64,000 bases of DNA from Pyrodictiaceae archaeon (GCA_027036135.1 JALVSY010000007.1:1092880-1156879), one strand, 5' to 3'; shown: positions 1 to 11,349, numbered from the stretch's first letter. Program-made: numbers and translations. Notes: generated from the letters alone by a model not told the origin.

Positions 1-15
1 GAGTCATCCACGGAA

Positions 16-675
16 TTACCTATGGAATAACTTCTTCAGCTCAGCATATAACTTATATAGGTCGTCTATCCGTTTATTCGTCTCCTCGATTTTTGCTAAC
101 AACGTTTCTTGTACTTTATCTATTCTCCGATTAGTCTCCTCAATCTTTGCTAATAGAGTAGTCTGCACAACATCGATCCGCTTATTAGTATCGTCTATTC
201 TCTTATTGGTCTCGTCTATCCGTTTGTTTGTCTCTTCTATCTTTGTTAATAGGATTTCTTGTACTGAGCCTATTCTCCTATTTGTTTCCTCGATCCTAGC
301 TAGTAGTACTTCTTGTACCCTATCTATTCTCTTATCTGTCTCGTCGATTTTTGTCAATAGTATCTCTCGCACCTTGTCTGCTCTTTTATTGGTCTCGTCG
401 ATCTTTGCTGAAAAGGCCTCCTGTATACTGTTTATCCTCTTATTGATATCGTCTATTCTTCTGTTAGTCTCCCTTATTTCCTCCCCTAGTTGCCTTCTTG
501 TCTCCTCTATTTCCTCTCTAAGCTCTCTCCTTGTCTCCCTCATTTCCTTATGCATGAGGTCTAGGTAGAGGAGCAAGATATCCTCTGTACTTAGCTTCTT
601 TTTCTTCTCCAGCTTCTCCAGTATCCTTTTCGAGACTTGGCTCAATAAGCTGCTAAGTACAGCTTCTTCGGCCAA
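16..675 (-). CDS. PaREP15-like coiled-coil repeat protein
   Basis: N-terminal KKLSTEDILLLYL motif, then many (K/R)I(D/E)ETN(K/R)RID units in 7- and 18-residue repeats. Confidence 0.7.
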   Translation of the reverse strand: MAEEAVLSSLLSQVSKRILEKLEKKKKLSTEDILLLYLDLMHKEMRETRRELREEIEETRRQLGEEIRETNRRIDDINKRINSIQEAFSAKIDETNKRADKVREILLTKIDETDKRIDRVQEVLLARIEETNRRIGSVQEILLTKIEETNKRIDETNKRIDDTNKRIDVVQTTLLAKIEETNRRIDKVQETLLAKIEETNKRIDDLYKLYAELKKLFHR

Positions 676-802
676 TTACTAGGCCCCAGTAAAATCGATG
701 CGGTAGTAATCGAAAACACTTACGCCTACCCTAGGAAAAGGCTTTGGCGTGAGCAACGTTACCAGGTTACGTGTTCTGCCTTTAAGTTGTACCCGGTACC
801 CC

Positions 803-1582
803 TTAGATCCAGCGCTTCTTTCTCCTATACCACTTTGCTCTCCGATAGCTGGTCTCTGGCTTCAGCCCGAGGTAGAACTCTTTTACGTCCTTGTCCTCTC
901 TTAGCTTCTCAGCGGGCCCTTCTAGCACTATCTTACCGTTCTCAAGTATGTAGCCATAATCAGCTATTTCTAGTGCCTTTTTCGCGTTCTGCTCAGCCAG
1001 TAGCACCGTTATACCCTCTTCCTCGTGGAGCCTCCTTATGGCTTCGTAGAGCTCATGTACTATACGAGGCGCTAAGCCAAGGCTAGGCTCATCTAGTAGC
1101 AATAGCTTCGGTTTAGCTAGGAGAGCTAAGCCTATGGCGAGCATTTGTTGCTCTCCGCCACTTAGGTAACCTACTCGCTTTCTTCGATGTACTTTTAGCC
1201 TTGGGAAATACTTGTACACTGTATCAGTATCACTGCTTCCCCACGCATACGCGACAGCCTCTATGTTCTCCTCGACGCTTAGTTCACGGAATACCTGCCT
1301 ACCCTCAGCGACGTAGACCACGCCTTTACGAGAGATCTTGTCTGGCTCCTTGTTCTCTATCCTTTCTCCGAGAAAGCTTATCGAGCCCCTTGTAATCCTG
1401 CCACGGTACAGCTTGATGACCCCCGATACCGCGCGTAATAGGGTTGTTTTGCCAGCACCGTTAGGGCCAAGAATCGTTGTAATGCTGTCATTCTCTACCC
1501 TTAGGCTGATACCCTTAAGCACCATTATGAACGGGTGATAAACTACCTCTATGTTATTTACACTTAGCAACGGGCTTGGCAT
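803..1582 (-). CDS. livF: Liv-type ABC transporter ATP-binding subunit
   Basis: Walker A GPNGAGKT, LSGGEQQMLA signature, LLLDEPSLGLAP, EQN motif. Confidence 0.9.
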   Translation of the reverse strand: MPSPLLSVNNIEVVYHPFIMVLKGISLRVENDSITTILGPNGAGKTTLLRAVSGVIKLYRGRITRGSISFLGERIENKEPDKISRKGVVYVAEGRQVFRELSVEENIEAVAYAWGSSDTDTVYKYFPRLKVHRRKRVGYLSGGEQQMLAIGLALLAKPKLLLLDEPSLGLAPRIVHELYEAIRRLHEEEGITVLLAEQNAKKALEIADYGYILENGKIVLEGPAEKLREDKDVKEFYLGLKPETSYRRAKWYRRKKRWI

Positions 1583-1639
1583 GTCCCCCCACCAAGTATC
1601 AGAGCCGTGGATGTTGAGAAGAAGAAAACGTAGACATGG

Positions 1640-3010
1640 TCATCCACTTGTCGCTGCTGCGCAGTCGAAGCCCTTTGGCTCTATTGGGCCTAGGAAGTGG
1701 AATTTGTCATCCTTCCCGTACATCACTATGTACACGGTCTTGAATGGTAAATGGTTACCCGGACAGAATCTCATTGGCGGCGTTATGTCCCCAAGCCTTA
1801 TCGGGTCTCCATGACAGCTACTCTCTAATGCCTCTTTTAGTGCTTCCCCTTTCTTTATTAAGAGTTCCTTGCTTGTAGTCCTTTCTATGGCTTTGACTAG
1901 TAGCCAGACATTCATAAAGCCTTGCATAAACCTCAAATTCACCTGTTTTTGCGGTATTCCCGATATTCTCGCTGCCTCATAGACTTCCCGGTACCCGGGT
2001 CTATCTTTGGCGTATTCAGGCCATATCCAAGGAGAAACTCCTACTACTTTGCCGGCTATGTCCCTGCCAGCTATCCGTGGAAAACGTTCATCGAATCCCC
2101 ATACATTTACTATCATTATTGACTTCAGTCCATATGCTGCGACGTATTTGGCTGCAAGTGCGCAGCTTGTTATCGTGTTTCCACACCATATGAAATCCGG
2201 TTTGGAACCCAGTAGCTCAGTTACTGCTCTTTCGGCATCGGCTCCTGTGGCTGCAAGAGGGAGATTTACATCAGCTACTATTCTTATACCCTCTTTCTTC
2301 GCATATGACTTTATTGCTGGTATAGGGCTTTTACTATATGCTATTTCGTGGTCATAAAGCAGTGCTAGCTTGGCCTTCTTCATCTTGGTTGTAATCCAGG
2401 TTAATGCAGCACAGGCCTGTGTGCTATAATCTGGCGCTGGAAAGAAGTTGTATGGCTTATGTACAAGCTCAGCAGAATAGCTAGCTGATATATACAATAT
2501 CTTGTCATGGGCTGTCTGATTAGCTAGCTTCTCTGTATCGGCTGTTCCCCAACCAACTATTGCTACCACATGGTACTTGTCGCGGAACTCTTTGTAGAAC
2601 TCAACAGCTCTACTAGGGTTATAGGCGTAATCTCTCTCAACTGCGTCGAGATATACTCTTACACCATCTTTTGTATATATCCCTTTCTTGTTAAAGTATT
2701 TTATAGCTGCCATAACACCTTTTGCATAGTCTCTTCCGACATCACTTGTAGGCCCACTCTCATCAACAAGCACACCTATTGGTAAATGTATCTCCTTTGA
2801 GGCGCTACCGGGGCTTGGCGCTGTACTAGTCCTAGTAGTTGCTGGGGCGCTCTTGCTGCTTGGTAATGCACTAGTGGTCTGCGAAGCCACGGGAGTACTT
2901 GTCTGGCTAGACGTGCTTTTGCCTGATCCGGGATGATAAAAAACCGTTGCTAGGCCAGCTATCACTATTATTGCTACAGCTATGCTTATTAAAAGCGTAC
3001 GCGAACTCAT
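1640..3010 (-). CDS. Liv-type ABC transporter substrate-binding protein with membrane anchor and Ser/Thr-rich linker
   Basis: N-terminal TM helix, S/T/P-rich linker, IGVLVDESGPTSDVG and GWGTADT motifs; operon context. Confidence 0.85.
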   Translation of the reverse strand: MSSRTLLISIAVAIIVIAGLATVFYHPGSGKSTSSQTSTPVASQTTSALPSSKSAPATTRTSTAPSPGSASKEIHLPIGVLVDESGPTSDVGRDYAKGVMAAIKYFNKKGIYTKDGVRVYLDAVERDYAYNPSRAVEFYKEFRDKYHVVAIVGWGTADTEKLANQTAHDKILYISASYSAELVHKPYNFFPAPDYSTQACAALTWITTKMKKAKLALLYDHEIAYSKSPIPAIKSYAKKEGIRIVADVNLPLAATGADAERAVTELLGSKPDFIWCGNTITSCALAAKYVAAYGLKSIMIVNVWGFDERFPRIAGRDIAGKVVGVSPWIWPEYAKDRPGYREVYEAARISGIPQKQVNLRFMQGFMNVWLLVKAIERTTSKELLIKKGEALKEALESSCHGDPIRLGDITPPMRFCPGNHLPFKTVYIVMYGKDDKFHFLGPIEPKGFDCAAATSG

Positions 3011-3094
3011 TTTCCCACCCTAAGCACCTAAACATATATTATCTAGATATATTTAAACTTTTCTTATAATACATGATATGTTTTAGGAAAATAA

Positions 3095-4117
3095 CTAGTA
3101 TCTGAAAGGCCAGAGACGGAAGTACTCTTTGGCCCTTCTTAGAATTCCTATGAGCCCGTCTGGCTCCAGTACAACGAAGATTGCTATGAGGCCTCCAAGT
3201 ACCATATACTTAATAGCAGCGTTGGCTGCAAAGGCCCCCGCTAATAAGCTCCAACCAGTATGTATCGTTAGTGCTCCAAGCAGGCTCCCCCATACGAGTC
3301 TCCCGGGGCCACCCACGAGAACCATTGCTAAGTACTCTATAGACGTATCAAGAGTAAATGCTCCCCAGCCTATACTAGGGTTCGCGAGTGCATAAAGACC
3401 GCCAGCAAGTCCCGCATAGAGACTGCCAAGGGCAAAGGCTAGGGCCTTAGTACGTGTAACATTTATCCCTACGACGCTCGCAGAGACATCATTGTCTCTC
3501 ACGGCTTTCATTGCTCGCCCAATGCCGCTTCGCCCAATATTTGCGGCGAATAGAGCAGCAGCCAGAGTTGCTCCCAATACAAGATAGTATAGCGCTAGGC
3601 CCTTGCCGAGGTAAATGCCAGTGATTATTTTCGTGTTGTATGGAATGCTTATTCCTTGATGTGGGTCTATCCAAGTCTTAAACATATACTCTAGTATTGC
3701 CTGGACAGCTATACTCGCCATGGCCAAGTAGTAGCCCTTGAGCCTAAATGATGGGAGTCCTAATACGAAGCCCACGGCAGCTGTCATAATGGCTCCCAGC
3801 GGTATAGCAACTAGTACATTGACTCCATGAAGCGCCAAGTGAGCCACAGTGTATGCTCCGATACCCATTAGTGCGCCTTGTGCAAGCGATATTTGGCCAG
3901 CGAGCCCCGTGACTATGTTTAACCCCATGGCTCCGATGAAGAATACTAAGAGCGCCACAGCTTGGTCAATTCCATAGCTTCCAGCGAGTACCGGGAAGAG
4001 TAGTGCTATAGCTAGTCCAGCAATGAGTGCTGCCTTGTGTATTGGGTACCGTAGTAGAGCCATATCCGCGAGATAAGTCTCCTTGAATACTCCGGCAGGC
4101 ATTTTCACCGCCTCCAT
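3095..4117 (-). CDS. livM: Liv-type ABC transporter permease
   Basis: GLAGQISLAQ, RLKGYYLA, GRAMKAVRDND motifs; hydrophobic. Confidence 0.88.
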   Translation of the reverse strand: MEAVKMPAGVFKETYLADMALLRYPIHKAALIAGLAIALLFPVLAGSYGIDQAVALLVFFIGAMGLNIVTGLAGQISLAQGALMGIGAYTVAHLALHGVNVLVAIPLGAIMTAAVGFVLGLPSFRLKGYYLAMASIAVQAILEYMFKTWIDPHQGISIPYNTKIITGIYLGKGLALYYLVLGATLAAALFAANIGRSGIGRAMKAVRDNDVSASVVGINVTRTKALAFALGSLYAGLAGGLYALANPSIGWGAFTLDTSIEYLAMVLVGGPGRLVWGSLLGALTIHTGWSLLAGAFAANAAIKYMVLGGLIAIFVVLEPDGLIGILRRAKEYFRLWPFRY

Positions 4118-4118
4118 C

Positions 4119-5003
4119 TCATAGTCTTTCTATTCTTTCGGTTCCGAAGAACCCATAGGGCTTAAGCAGCAGCACAACGAGCATTACGATAAAGGCAGCT
4201 ACTTCTCCGAATCCCGGCAAATAGTTGTGGAGAAAATAGTCTCCAAACTGCTCTGTGAAACTCAGCACAAAGCCGCCAACAACTATGCCAGCGATACTAT
4301 CCAGGCCTGCTAGCAGACTAGCGGCAAGAGCCTTCAACACATAGCTATCTATGCCAGGGCTTACCCCCGCCTTTAAGCCAAAGGCTAGGCCTCCAAGAGC
4401 CCCTAATAGTCCAGCAAAACCCCAGCTCAGAGCTGTTAGTCTACGAACAGGTAGCCCATAACCAGCGGCGCCATAGGGATTCTCTGCGACAGCTCTCATA
4501 GCGACCCCTAGCCTAGTAAATCGATGAATACCGATCACTAAGCCTAGGGCCACTAGTGCTACAGCAAGAGCAGCTATATCGGAGCCTGTGAACACCACTG
4601 CACCGATACGGTAAACAGTGCCAAAGTCTCCTAGACTGCCTCCGCTCCAATAGCTCCCAGTAGCTTCTATCGCTACACCTCTTAGTAAGTAGAATACACC
4701 AAGGGTAGCAGCAATTAGCGCTACTGGAGGTCTCCCAAGCAGTGGTCTTGCCACACCACGCTCGAGCAAAATTCCTATACCGAATCCTATGAATGATGCT
4801 ATCAATGCTGCTAGGAAGAATCCAAGGCCCTGCATACTCGCTACTAGCGCAGCATAGGCAGCTACTAGGGCTATCTCTGGGTGGGCAAGGTTAATCGACT
4901 TACTAACCCTGTATACCAGGTTAAAGCCGAGAGCCAGTACCGAGTACAATACCCCCATTACTATCGATTCCTTAACCAATACACCTGCTATAGATGCATC
5001 CAT
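4119..5003 (-). CDS. livH: Liv-type ABC transporter permease
   Basis: YSVLALGFNLVY..INLAH, TRLGVAMRAVAEN, KPYGFFG motifs. Confidence 0.88.
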   Translation of the reverse strand: MDASIAGVLVKESIVMGVLYSVLALGFNLVYRVSKSINLAHPEIALVAAYAALVASMQGLGFFLAALIASFIGFGIGILLERGVARPLLGRPPVALIAATLGVFYLLRGVAIEATGSYWSGGSLGDFGTVYRIGAVVFTGSDIAALAVALVALGLVIGIHRFTRLGVAMRAVAENPYGAAGYGLPVRRLTALSWGFAGLLGALGGLAFGLKAGVSPGIDSYVLKALAASLLAGLDSIAGIVVGGFVLSFTEQFGDYFLHNYLPGFGEVAAFIVMLVVLLLKPYGFFGTERIERL

Positions 5004-5085
5004 CCTACGTCACCCGGTAACGTGCATGAAGTGGACTAGACACAGTAAGCAATACACCTAGTTCACGAAGAAAGAATAGAGAGTC

Positions 5086-6999
5086 TTAGACAGTGATTAT
5101 ACGTACCTTCCTCTCCACGGCTATCCTCCTGCCATCCTCTAGCCTTATCTCGGCACAAACTAGCGCCTCGTCGTCACCATGGTACATGGCTTCTATTAGC
5201 TCCTTGTAGCGCTGTTCAATCACTCTTCTCCTAAGCTTCCTCGTACGAGTCATCTCTCCATCGTCTGGATGGAACTCCTTGAAGAGGCTAACGAAGCGCC
5301 TAACCCTTATCTCCTCATGTAACGACCTATTAGCTCTCATAACCTCTTCTCTCAGTAGGCTCAGTACCTCTGGCTTCTGGCTAAGGTCGCTATAGCTCGT
5401 GAACGCTATGCCTCGGTGCTCAGCCCATCGCGACACAGTTGGATAATCTATGTTCAGTATAGCTATCAAGTATGGTCTATTCTCGCCAATCACGGCCGCT
5501 TCGGCTATGTAGGGGCTAAATTTTAGCTTATTCTGGACTACTTGCGGAGCAACCTTGGTTCCGTTGCTCAGCGTTATAATTTCCTTAGCCCTATCGTGCA
5601 CAACTAGGTGTCCATCGCTTGTGATCTCTCCTATGTCGCCCGTGTGTAGCCAGCCTTCGGGATCAATGGTTTTCCTCGTGGCCCCGGGGTTGCGGTAATA
5701 GCCTTTCATCACGGCTGGGCTCCTTATGAGTATCTCGCCATCTTCGCTAATCCTTAGCTCGGTCTCCGGGAGAGGTTTGCCGACAGTCTCTGGTCTCACA
5801 TCATCGTCTGGATGGACAACAGCTATGCCAGCTACCTCTGTCTGGCCATAGATCTGCTTCAGGTTAACACTCAGTGCGTGGAAGTAGAGGAAGTAGTCGG
5901 GCCCAAGCATTGCTCCGCCAGTATAGGCTCTCCTTACTCGCTTCAATCCCTTCTTGTCAAGAATGCTTCTCAGAGCTAGCCAGTACGCTACGTAGCGTAG
6001 TATCCTCCAACCCAGGCTTGGCCTCCTTTTCCCGGGTTTGAGCCTGGACTTAGCAGCTCTGTAGCCTATCAAGATAGCAATTTCATACGCTAGGCGCTTT
6101 ACTGGGTCACTATCCCTTATATCAGCCATAACATCCCTGGCGATCCTCTCCCATATCCTTGGCGGCGCAAAGAGGAAGTGGGGCGCTATCTCCCTGAAAT
6201 CACGCCATAGCGTCTCGCTCTCTGGGAAGTTTACTCGGAACCCCGTCATGAAGTGAAGCGCTATGCTCATCATCTGCTCGCCGACCCATGCCGGGGGTAG
6301 GAAGGATACATACTCCCAGTCCTCCTCAATGGGGTCTAGCTTGTTTAGCTGATAAGCCATGGCTAGGAGGTTCCGATGGCTCAACATAGCCAGCTTAGGC
6401 CTACCCGTGGTACCGCTAGTCGTGAAGAACCCTGCCACGTCATCCGGGTCTAGATCCCTTACTAGCTCGTCGTAGATCCCAGGGCTCTGCTCATCCAACG
6501 CCTTACCGGTCTTTAATAGATCACTGAAAGTTATTACTTGGTCTCCGAGCTTCTCGCGGTAGAGGTGAAGCCCTTTAGCCTCATCAACTATTATTTTCTC
6601 AACCCGGGTCTTATCAATGATCTCCAATACTCTATCAAGCTGTTCTTGGCCCTCAACTAGCACAACTCTTGCATCGCTCTCGCTCAGCACATAGGCTATC
6701 TCGTCCGCTAAGCTGTCACGATACACACCAACGGTTATTGCTCCGAGGCTCTGCGCCCCAACCTCGTAGATAGGCCATGCCGGCCTATTCCCAGTTATGA
6801 ATGCCGCCTTATCCCCCTTGCCAATTCCGAGGCTATAGAGGCCGAGCGCAGCCTATCTCACTAGCTGATAGTATTCCCTCCAGGTAAACCGGTTCCATAC
6901 GCCGTAGCGCTTCCAGCGGAAAGCAGTGGCTCCTGGCTTTTCCTTAGCCATCCTGGCTAATAGCCAAGGGAACGTAGTACGATACGGCTCCATGTTCAT
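5086..6999 (-). pseudogene. fadD: long-chain fatty acid--CoA ligase with an in-frame TAG at 6853-6855
   Basis: TSGTTGRPK, YGQTE, GWLHTGD motifs. The frame extends upstream of the ORF-track start to ATG 6999/6993 (MNMEPYRTTFPWLL...FTWREYYQLVR*AALGLYSLGIGKGD) with a single amber codon. Confidence 0.8.
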
Positions 7000-7001
7000 A
7001 G

Positions 7002-7862
7002 CTAGCCACCCATATAGGCCTCTATAACCTTTGGGTTGCGAGCCACCTCGTAGGGGAGGCCATCGGCTATCACCTTGCCATAATCCATGACTATGACTCT
7101 ATCACAGAGATCCATGACGACCTCAAGGTCGTGCTCAACGAGGACGAAGCTCGTCCCCCTCGTCTCATTGACCTCAACTATTGCTCTAGCGATGTCCTCC
7201 TTCTCCTCCCTACTAAGCCCGGCCATAGGCTCGTCCATGAGGACTAGCTCGGGTTTCTGTGCAAGAGCCCTGGCAAGATCAACCCTCTTCTGCACGCCGG
7301 GCGGAAGACTACCTACTACGTGGTAACGGTATGGATGTAGATCTAGGAGATCTATGACTTGCTCAGCCCTGGCCCGGGCCCACTCTTCCCATTTCTTGGT
7401 GCTACGGGACCATAGGGCAGCAGCTAGTGTGCTGTACTTGCGCCAGGGCTCTAGCCCCGACATTATATTCTCTAATACTGTCATGGAGGTGAATAGCTCG
7501 CTGTGCTGGAAGGTTCTAGCTATTCCTAGCCGGACCCTCTCAGCGGGTGAGAGCCTGGTTATGTCCCTGTTCTTGAATATTATCCTGCCTTTCTGCGGCT
7601 TGTAGAACCCGGATATAATGTTAAGCAGCGTTGTTTTACCAGCACCATTAGGCCCGACAATACCGAGTATCTCGCCCGGCTTGACGACGAACTCCACGTT
7701 GTCTACTGCTATGACTCCTCCAAATCTAACAACGATGTCCTCGACTCGGAGAACATGGTCTAGACGGGGGAGAGGCCTTGCCCGGTACTCCTCGCTGCTA
7801 CGCCACAGCACTTGGTAATCGAAGTTCCTCACCTCCTTGCTACGCTGCCGAGCGAAGAACAA
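7002..7862 (-). CDS. livG: Liv-type ABC transporter ATP-binding subunit (start uncertain)
   Basis: FGGVIAV, GPNGAGKTT, GIARTFQ, MDEPMAG, VEHD, VIEAYMG. Confidence 0.9.
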   Translation of the reverse strand: MFFARQRSKEVRNFDYQVLWRSSEEYRARPLPRLDHVLRVEDIVVRFGGVIAVDNVEFVVKPGEILGIVGPNGAGKTTLLNIISGFYKPQKGRIIFKNRDITRLSPAERVRLGIARTFQHSELFTSMTVLENIMSGLEPWRKYSTLAAALWSRSTKKWEEWARARAEQVIDLLDLHPYRYHVVGSLPPGVQKRVDLARALAQKPELVLMDEPMAGLSREEKEDIARAIVEVNETRGTSFVLVEHDLEVVMDLCDRVIVMDYGKVIADGLPYEVARNPKVIEAYMGG

Positions 7863-8103
7863 AACGCACCATCTCGCACACCCCTTGCCATTGCTATTCT
7901 CTCACATTTATCATAAGCTGTGTACGAAAGGAACACTGCTAGACTCATCTATTTATACTTTTCCCTAAATAGTGGGACGGATTCACTTTAACACAACATC
8001 ACTGGAGTGTACCGAGATTAAGCACTAAGCTAAAATCACTCCACGCCTAGCCCTAAGGGCTCAGTGTAATTACCTACTTAAAAGCCGTCGCTGGTGCATA
8101 GTA

Positions 8104-9526
8104 GTGTTGACGAGATGTGGCTATCCCTCAAGTATCCTGGACATGGCTTTCTGTTCAGCAACTAATAGCGAGTCTCTCGTAATCGATACCCGGGGTAGGA
8201 AGCTCAGCTACCCAGAGCTAATGAGCAAAGCCAGTAGGGCTGCAAAAATCCTTGCAGAAAAATACAAGGTGTGGAGCAACAATATAGCTATAGCCCCTAT
8301 CAATAGCCTCAACTCCCTAGTGATAATCTTGGCCTCGTGGATGACAGGCTCAGTAATTACTGTAATTGATCCGCTTAGTCACAACATGGATCTAGAGCAA
8401 CAGCTGGCCCAGATAAGGCCAAAGCTGCTTATAACTTCGCGTGACTTCTCTACGAGGCACTGTAGCGTTGCTGGAAAAACAAGGGCCAGGTGCGTCCTAG
8501 TAGAGGAGCTAGTAGAGGAGGCAGGTGCAGGTACTAGTTGGGAGAACTATTACAGGCCTCGTGGATGGGATAATGCTCTCATCTATTTCTATGCAGGTAT
8601 TGCTGGTAGGACGATGCCTGTTATACATACCCATAGCGGGGTAGCTGCCTCGGCCTACACTGTTACCCAGCACTATAGCCTTAGCAGTGATGATAGAGTA
8701 CTTGTCGTCTCGCCTATAAGTCATGCACTTGGCCTACAAATATCGCTGTTAGCAGGCATAGCTGCTGGGACAACAGTAGGGCTCTATACGCGCACAAAGA
8801 GCCTAGACCCCGGCCATGCAGCGCGGACAATGAAGGAGTTTGACCCGAGCCTAGTCCTAGCAGCTCCAGGGCTCTTCAAGGCCCTGCTCGAAGCAGGATA
8901 CAATGGCAACCCGGGGCTACGCTACCCTGTAAGCGCCGGAGCTCCACTTCCCCGAAGCCTCCAAGAGAGGTGGAGAAATGTAACGGGAGTAGAGCTGCTG
9001 CAGCTCTACGGCATGACTGAGGCAGCTCCTGTCTCAGCAACTCTCCCAGGAGAGAATCCACCTAGGAGCATAGGTAAACCGATGCCGGGTATTGAGGTGA
9101 GACTAGACAGCAGTAATAGCGTGGGTTGAATTACTTGTCCGAGGCCCCGTGATCATGAGGGGATACGCGGATCCCGAGGAGACGAGGAAAGCATTTACGC
9201 TGGACGGGTGGCTAAGGACAGGCGATATCATTGAGATAAGGGATGGCTTCCTCTATTTTAGAGGCGTAAAGAAGAGGATGATAAAGTACAAGGGTTATCC
9301 CGTCTTTCCGCGAGACCTTGAGTTGATGCTTGAGCAGCACCCAGCTGTCTCGAGAGCTATTGTGCGTGGCGAGCCCCGCGAGGATGTGGGCCAGATACCA
9401 GTCGCAGAGATATGGCTTAAACCAGGAGCAAGGGTTTCCGAAGAGGAGTTGTTAGAGTGGGTTAACACGCGCGTGGCTCCCTACAAGAGAGTGAGGAAGA
9501 TAATACTACGGGGCGAGAGCACCTAG
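8104..9526 (+). pseudogene. AMP-dependent acyl-CoA synthetase split by a +1 frameshift at ~9126
   Basis: SAGAPL and YGMTEA in the first ORF; GWLRTGD and VAPYK in the second; removing one T from GGTTGAA restores GELLVRGP. Confidence 0.8.
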
Positions 9527-11343
9527 GCCAGTTTAACCGGCGTTATTATTGTATAGCGATGCGTTAGTAGCTCCTCTATGTCCAGCGGAGTACCAGTAGC
9601 AGCGTTGTGTCTATCAATTATCTGCTTTAGCTCCTCTATTTCATCGTCTCTTAGGTACCGGTACTCGGCATGAGGGTAGCCGATGTGCAATACGCCCCAA
9701 AGCCTCTCAAGAACTCTGAACCTGTCTCCTAGCACACTCTTTAGCTCAGAGACACTTCGTGCTCTTAAGGCGCTATACATCTCCTTCTGGCCTATCTCGC
9801 CCCTAGAAGCTAATGCTTTAATGTATCTCTCTATCTGCCTCCTCGGCGGCGCCTTGCCAACACTGCTCAGCGGTATATGTCCTTTCACGTAGATCTTCCC
9901 ACCGACCATTCCAGTGGCGACGTACTTGCCTACCTTGCCGAGTACAAGTATCCTTCCACCAGCCATGAACTCGCCTAGATAGTCTCCCGCATCTCCATGC
10001 ACCACTATTATTCCTCCCTTGAGCTGAACACCTAGCCTATTACCAGCATTGCCGAGTACGTGTAGCTCATCACTCCTCATTGCCTGTGCAGCAGAGTCGC
10101 CAACATCGCCGTAGACAATAATTCTTGAGTTCTCAGCACAATCAGCCAAGTCCTCCTGGGCACTCCCGTAGATTCGGACCTCTAATCCCTCCACGAGGTT
10201 TAGGCTAGCATTGCCCACAATGCCCCATAGCTCTAATTTGCCAGGGCCGAGACCGCTTGCTACATACCGGTGGCCAAGGAGATTATATGCTGCAGCGTAG
10301 CCTCTCTCAGAGAGCATCTTCGCTAGCTCAGCGTTTAGCTCACTCCTGGTAAGCCCAGAGGCATCAATAGCCCACCTGGGTGGCTTCGGGTAGTCATAGA
10401 CCTTGTAGGCGACTAGGCCCTTAGCTATTATCTCTCCATCGGGATAGACAATTACCCTCCCATCTCCTCGGAGAAGCTGAGGCCTCGCACCCGGCTCCAT
10501 GGCTTTTATCGCAGCTGCCTCGCTGGCGACGTAGACCACTCCATTCTCTATAGCTACATACAGTGGTCTCAAGTGGTGACGGTCAATGAATGCTCCTAGG
10601 AGAGGCCCCTGGGGCTCACCGTGCAGAAACACCACGGCATAAGGGCCGTCAAGCCTAGCCCAGCGTAGCCCTCTACCATAGACAAGCATATCTATCATAT
10701 CATCAGCATTATAGCCATCCTTCATAAGCATATCTATAAGATAGGCTATTACCTCGCTATCATTCCCAGTAAAGCTCCTTACTCCGAGGAGGTACTCTAC
10801 CAGCCTCTTGTTGGAGCCATAACTGCTGAGATCCCCGTTATGGATTATTACAGTCTCCCCGCAACTAAATGGGTGTGCTAGCCATGGGCGGAATCCGGGG
10901 CTATTTGTGGGGTACCTTGTATGCCCTATCCAGGCCGGGCTGACCTTGCCCCAAAGATTATATGACTCCGCGACCTCGTGTGGCCGACCAATGCTCTTCC
11001 ATACCTCCAGGAACCTCGAACTCTGCAATACGCGTAGCTTGCCTAGTTGTTGTCTGCTGGGATAATCTCGCAGTAGCACCTCGTAGACGCTTATCCCGTG
11101 GCCAAGTACAGCTATTCGTCTCGGTTGTTCCTCGGTAACTAGGTGGCTAAGCTCCTCCTCGGGGTTCTCGAGGTGCTCGTCTATGAAGACTCGTAGCCTC
11201 ACATACCCGTTTGGCTCTGGGCTGTACGCTGCATAGCCTGCCCCGTGCTCGGTGCCTCTCTCCTCCATTGCTCGTAACGCTGCTAGTACTCTTTGGAAAC
11301 CCAACATCTCGTCGAGGCTGATTGCCCCAGCTATACCGCACAA
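9523..11343 (-). CDS. gltB: glutamate synthase: N-terminal-Cys amidotransferase domain fused to GXGXG domain
   Basis: MCGIAG, GHTRYPTN, HNGD, DSE motifs; C-terminal GXGXG repeats (GDYLGEFMAGG). Confidence 0.85.
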   Translation of the reverse strand: MCGIAGAISLDEMLGFQRVLAALRAMEERGTEHGAGYAAYSPEPNGYVRLRVFIDEHLENPEEELSHLVTEEQPRRIAVLGHGISVYEVLLRDYPSRQQLGKLRVLQSSRFLEVWKSIGRPHEVAESYNLWGKVSPAWIGHTRYPTNSPGFRPWLAHPFSCGETVIIHNGDLSSYGSNKRLVEYLLGVRSFTGNDSEVIAYLIDMLMKDGYNADDMIDMLVYGRGLRWARLDGPYAVVFLHGEPQGPLLGAFIDRHHLRPLYVAIENGVVYVASEAAAIKAMEPGARPQLLRGDGRVIVYPDGEIIAKGLVAYKVYDYPKPPRWAIDASGLTRSELNAELAKMLSERGYAAAYNLLGHRYVASGLGPGKLELWGIVGNASLNLVEGLEVRIYGSAQEDLADCAENSRIIVYGDVGDSAAQAMRSDELHVLGNAGNRLGVQLKGGIIVVHGDAGDYLGEFMAGGRILVLGKVGKYVATGMVGGKIYVKGHIPLSSVGKAPPRRQIERYIKALASRGEIGQKEMYSALRARSVSELKSVLGDRFRVLERLWGVLHIGYPHAEYRYLRDDEIEELKQIIDRHNAATGTPLDIEELLTHRYTIITPVKLA

Positions 11344-11349
11344 GGGGTA

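Noticed and set aside
6853-6855. Pyrrolysine or other amber recoding
   Set aside because: Only one such codon, TAG is a normal stop throughout the window, and no pyl genes are present
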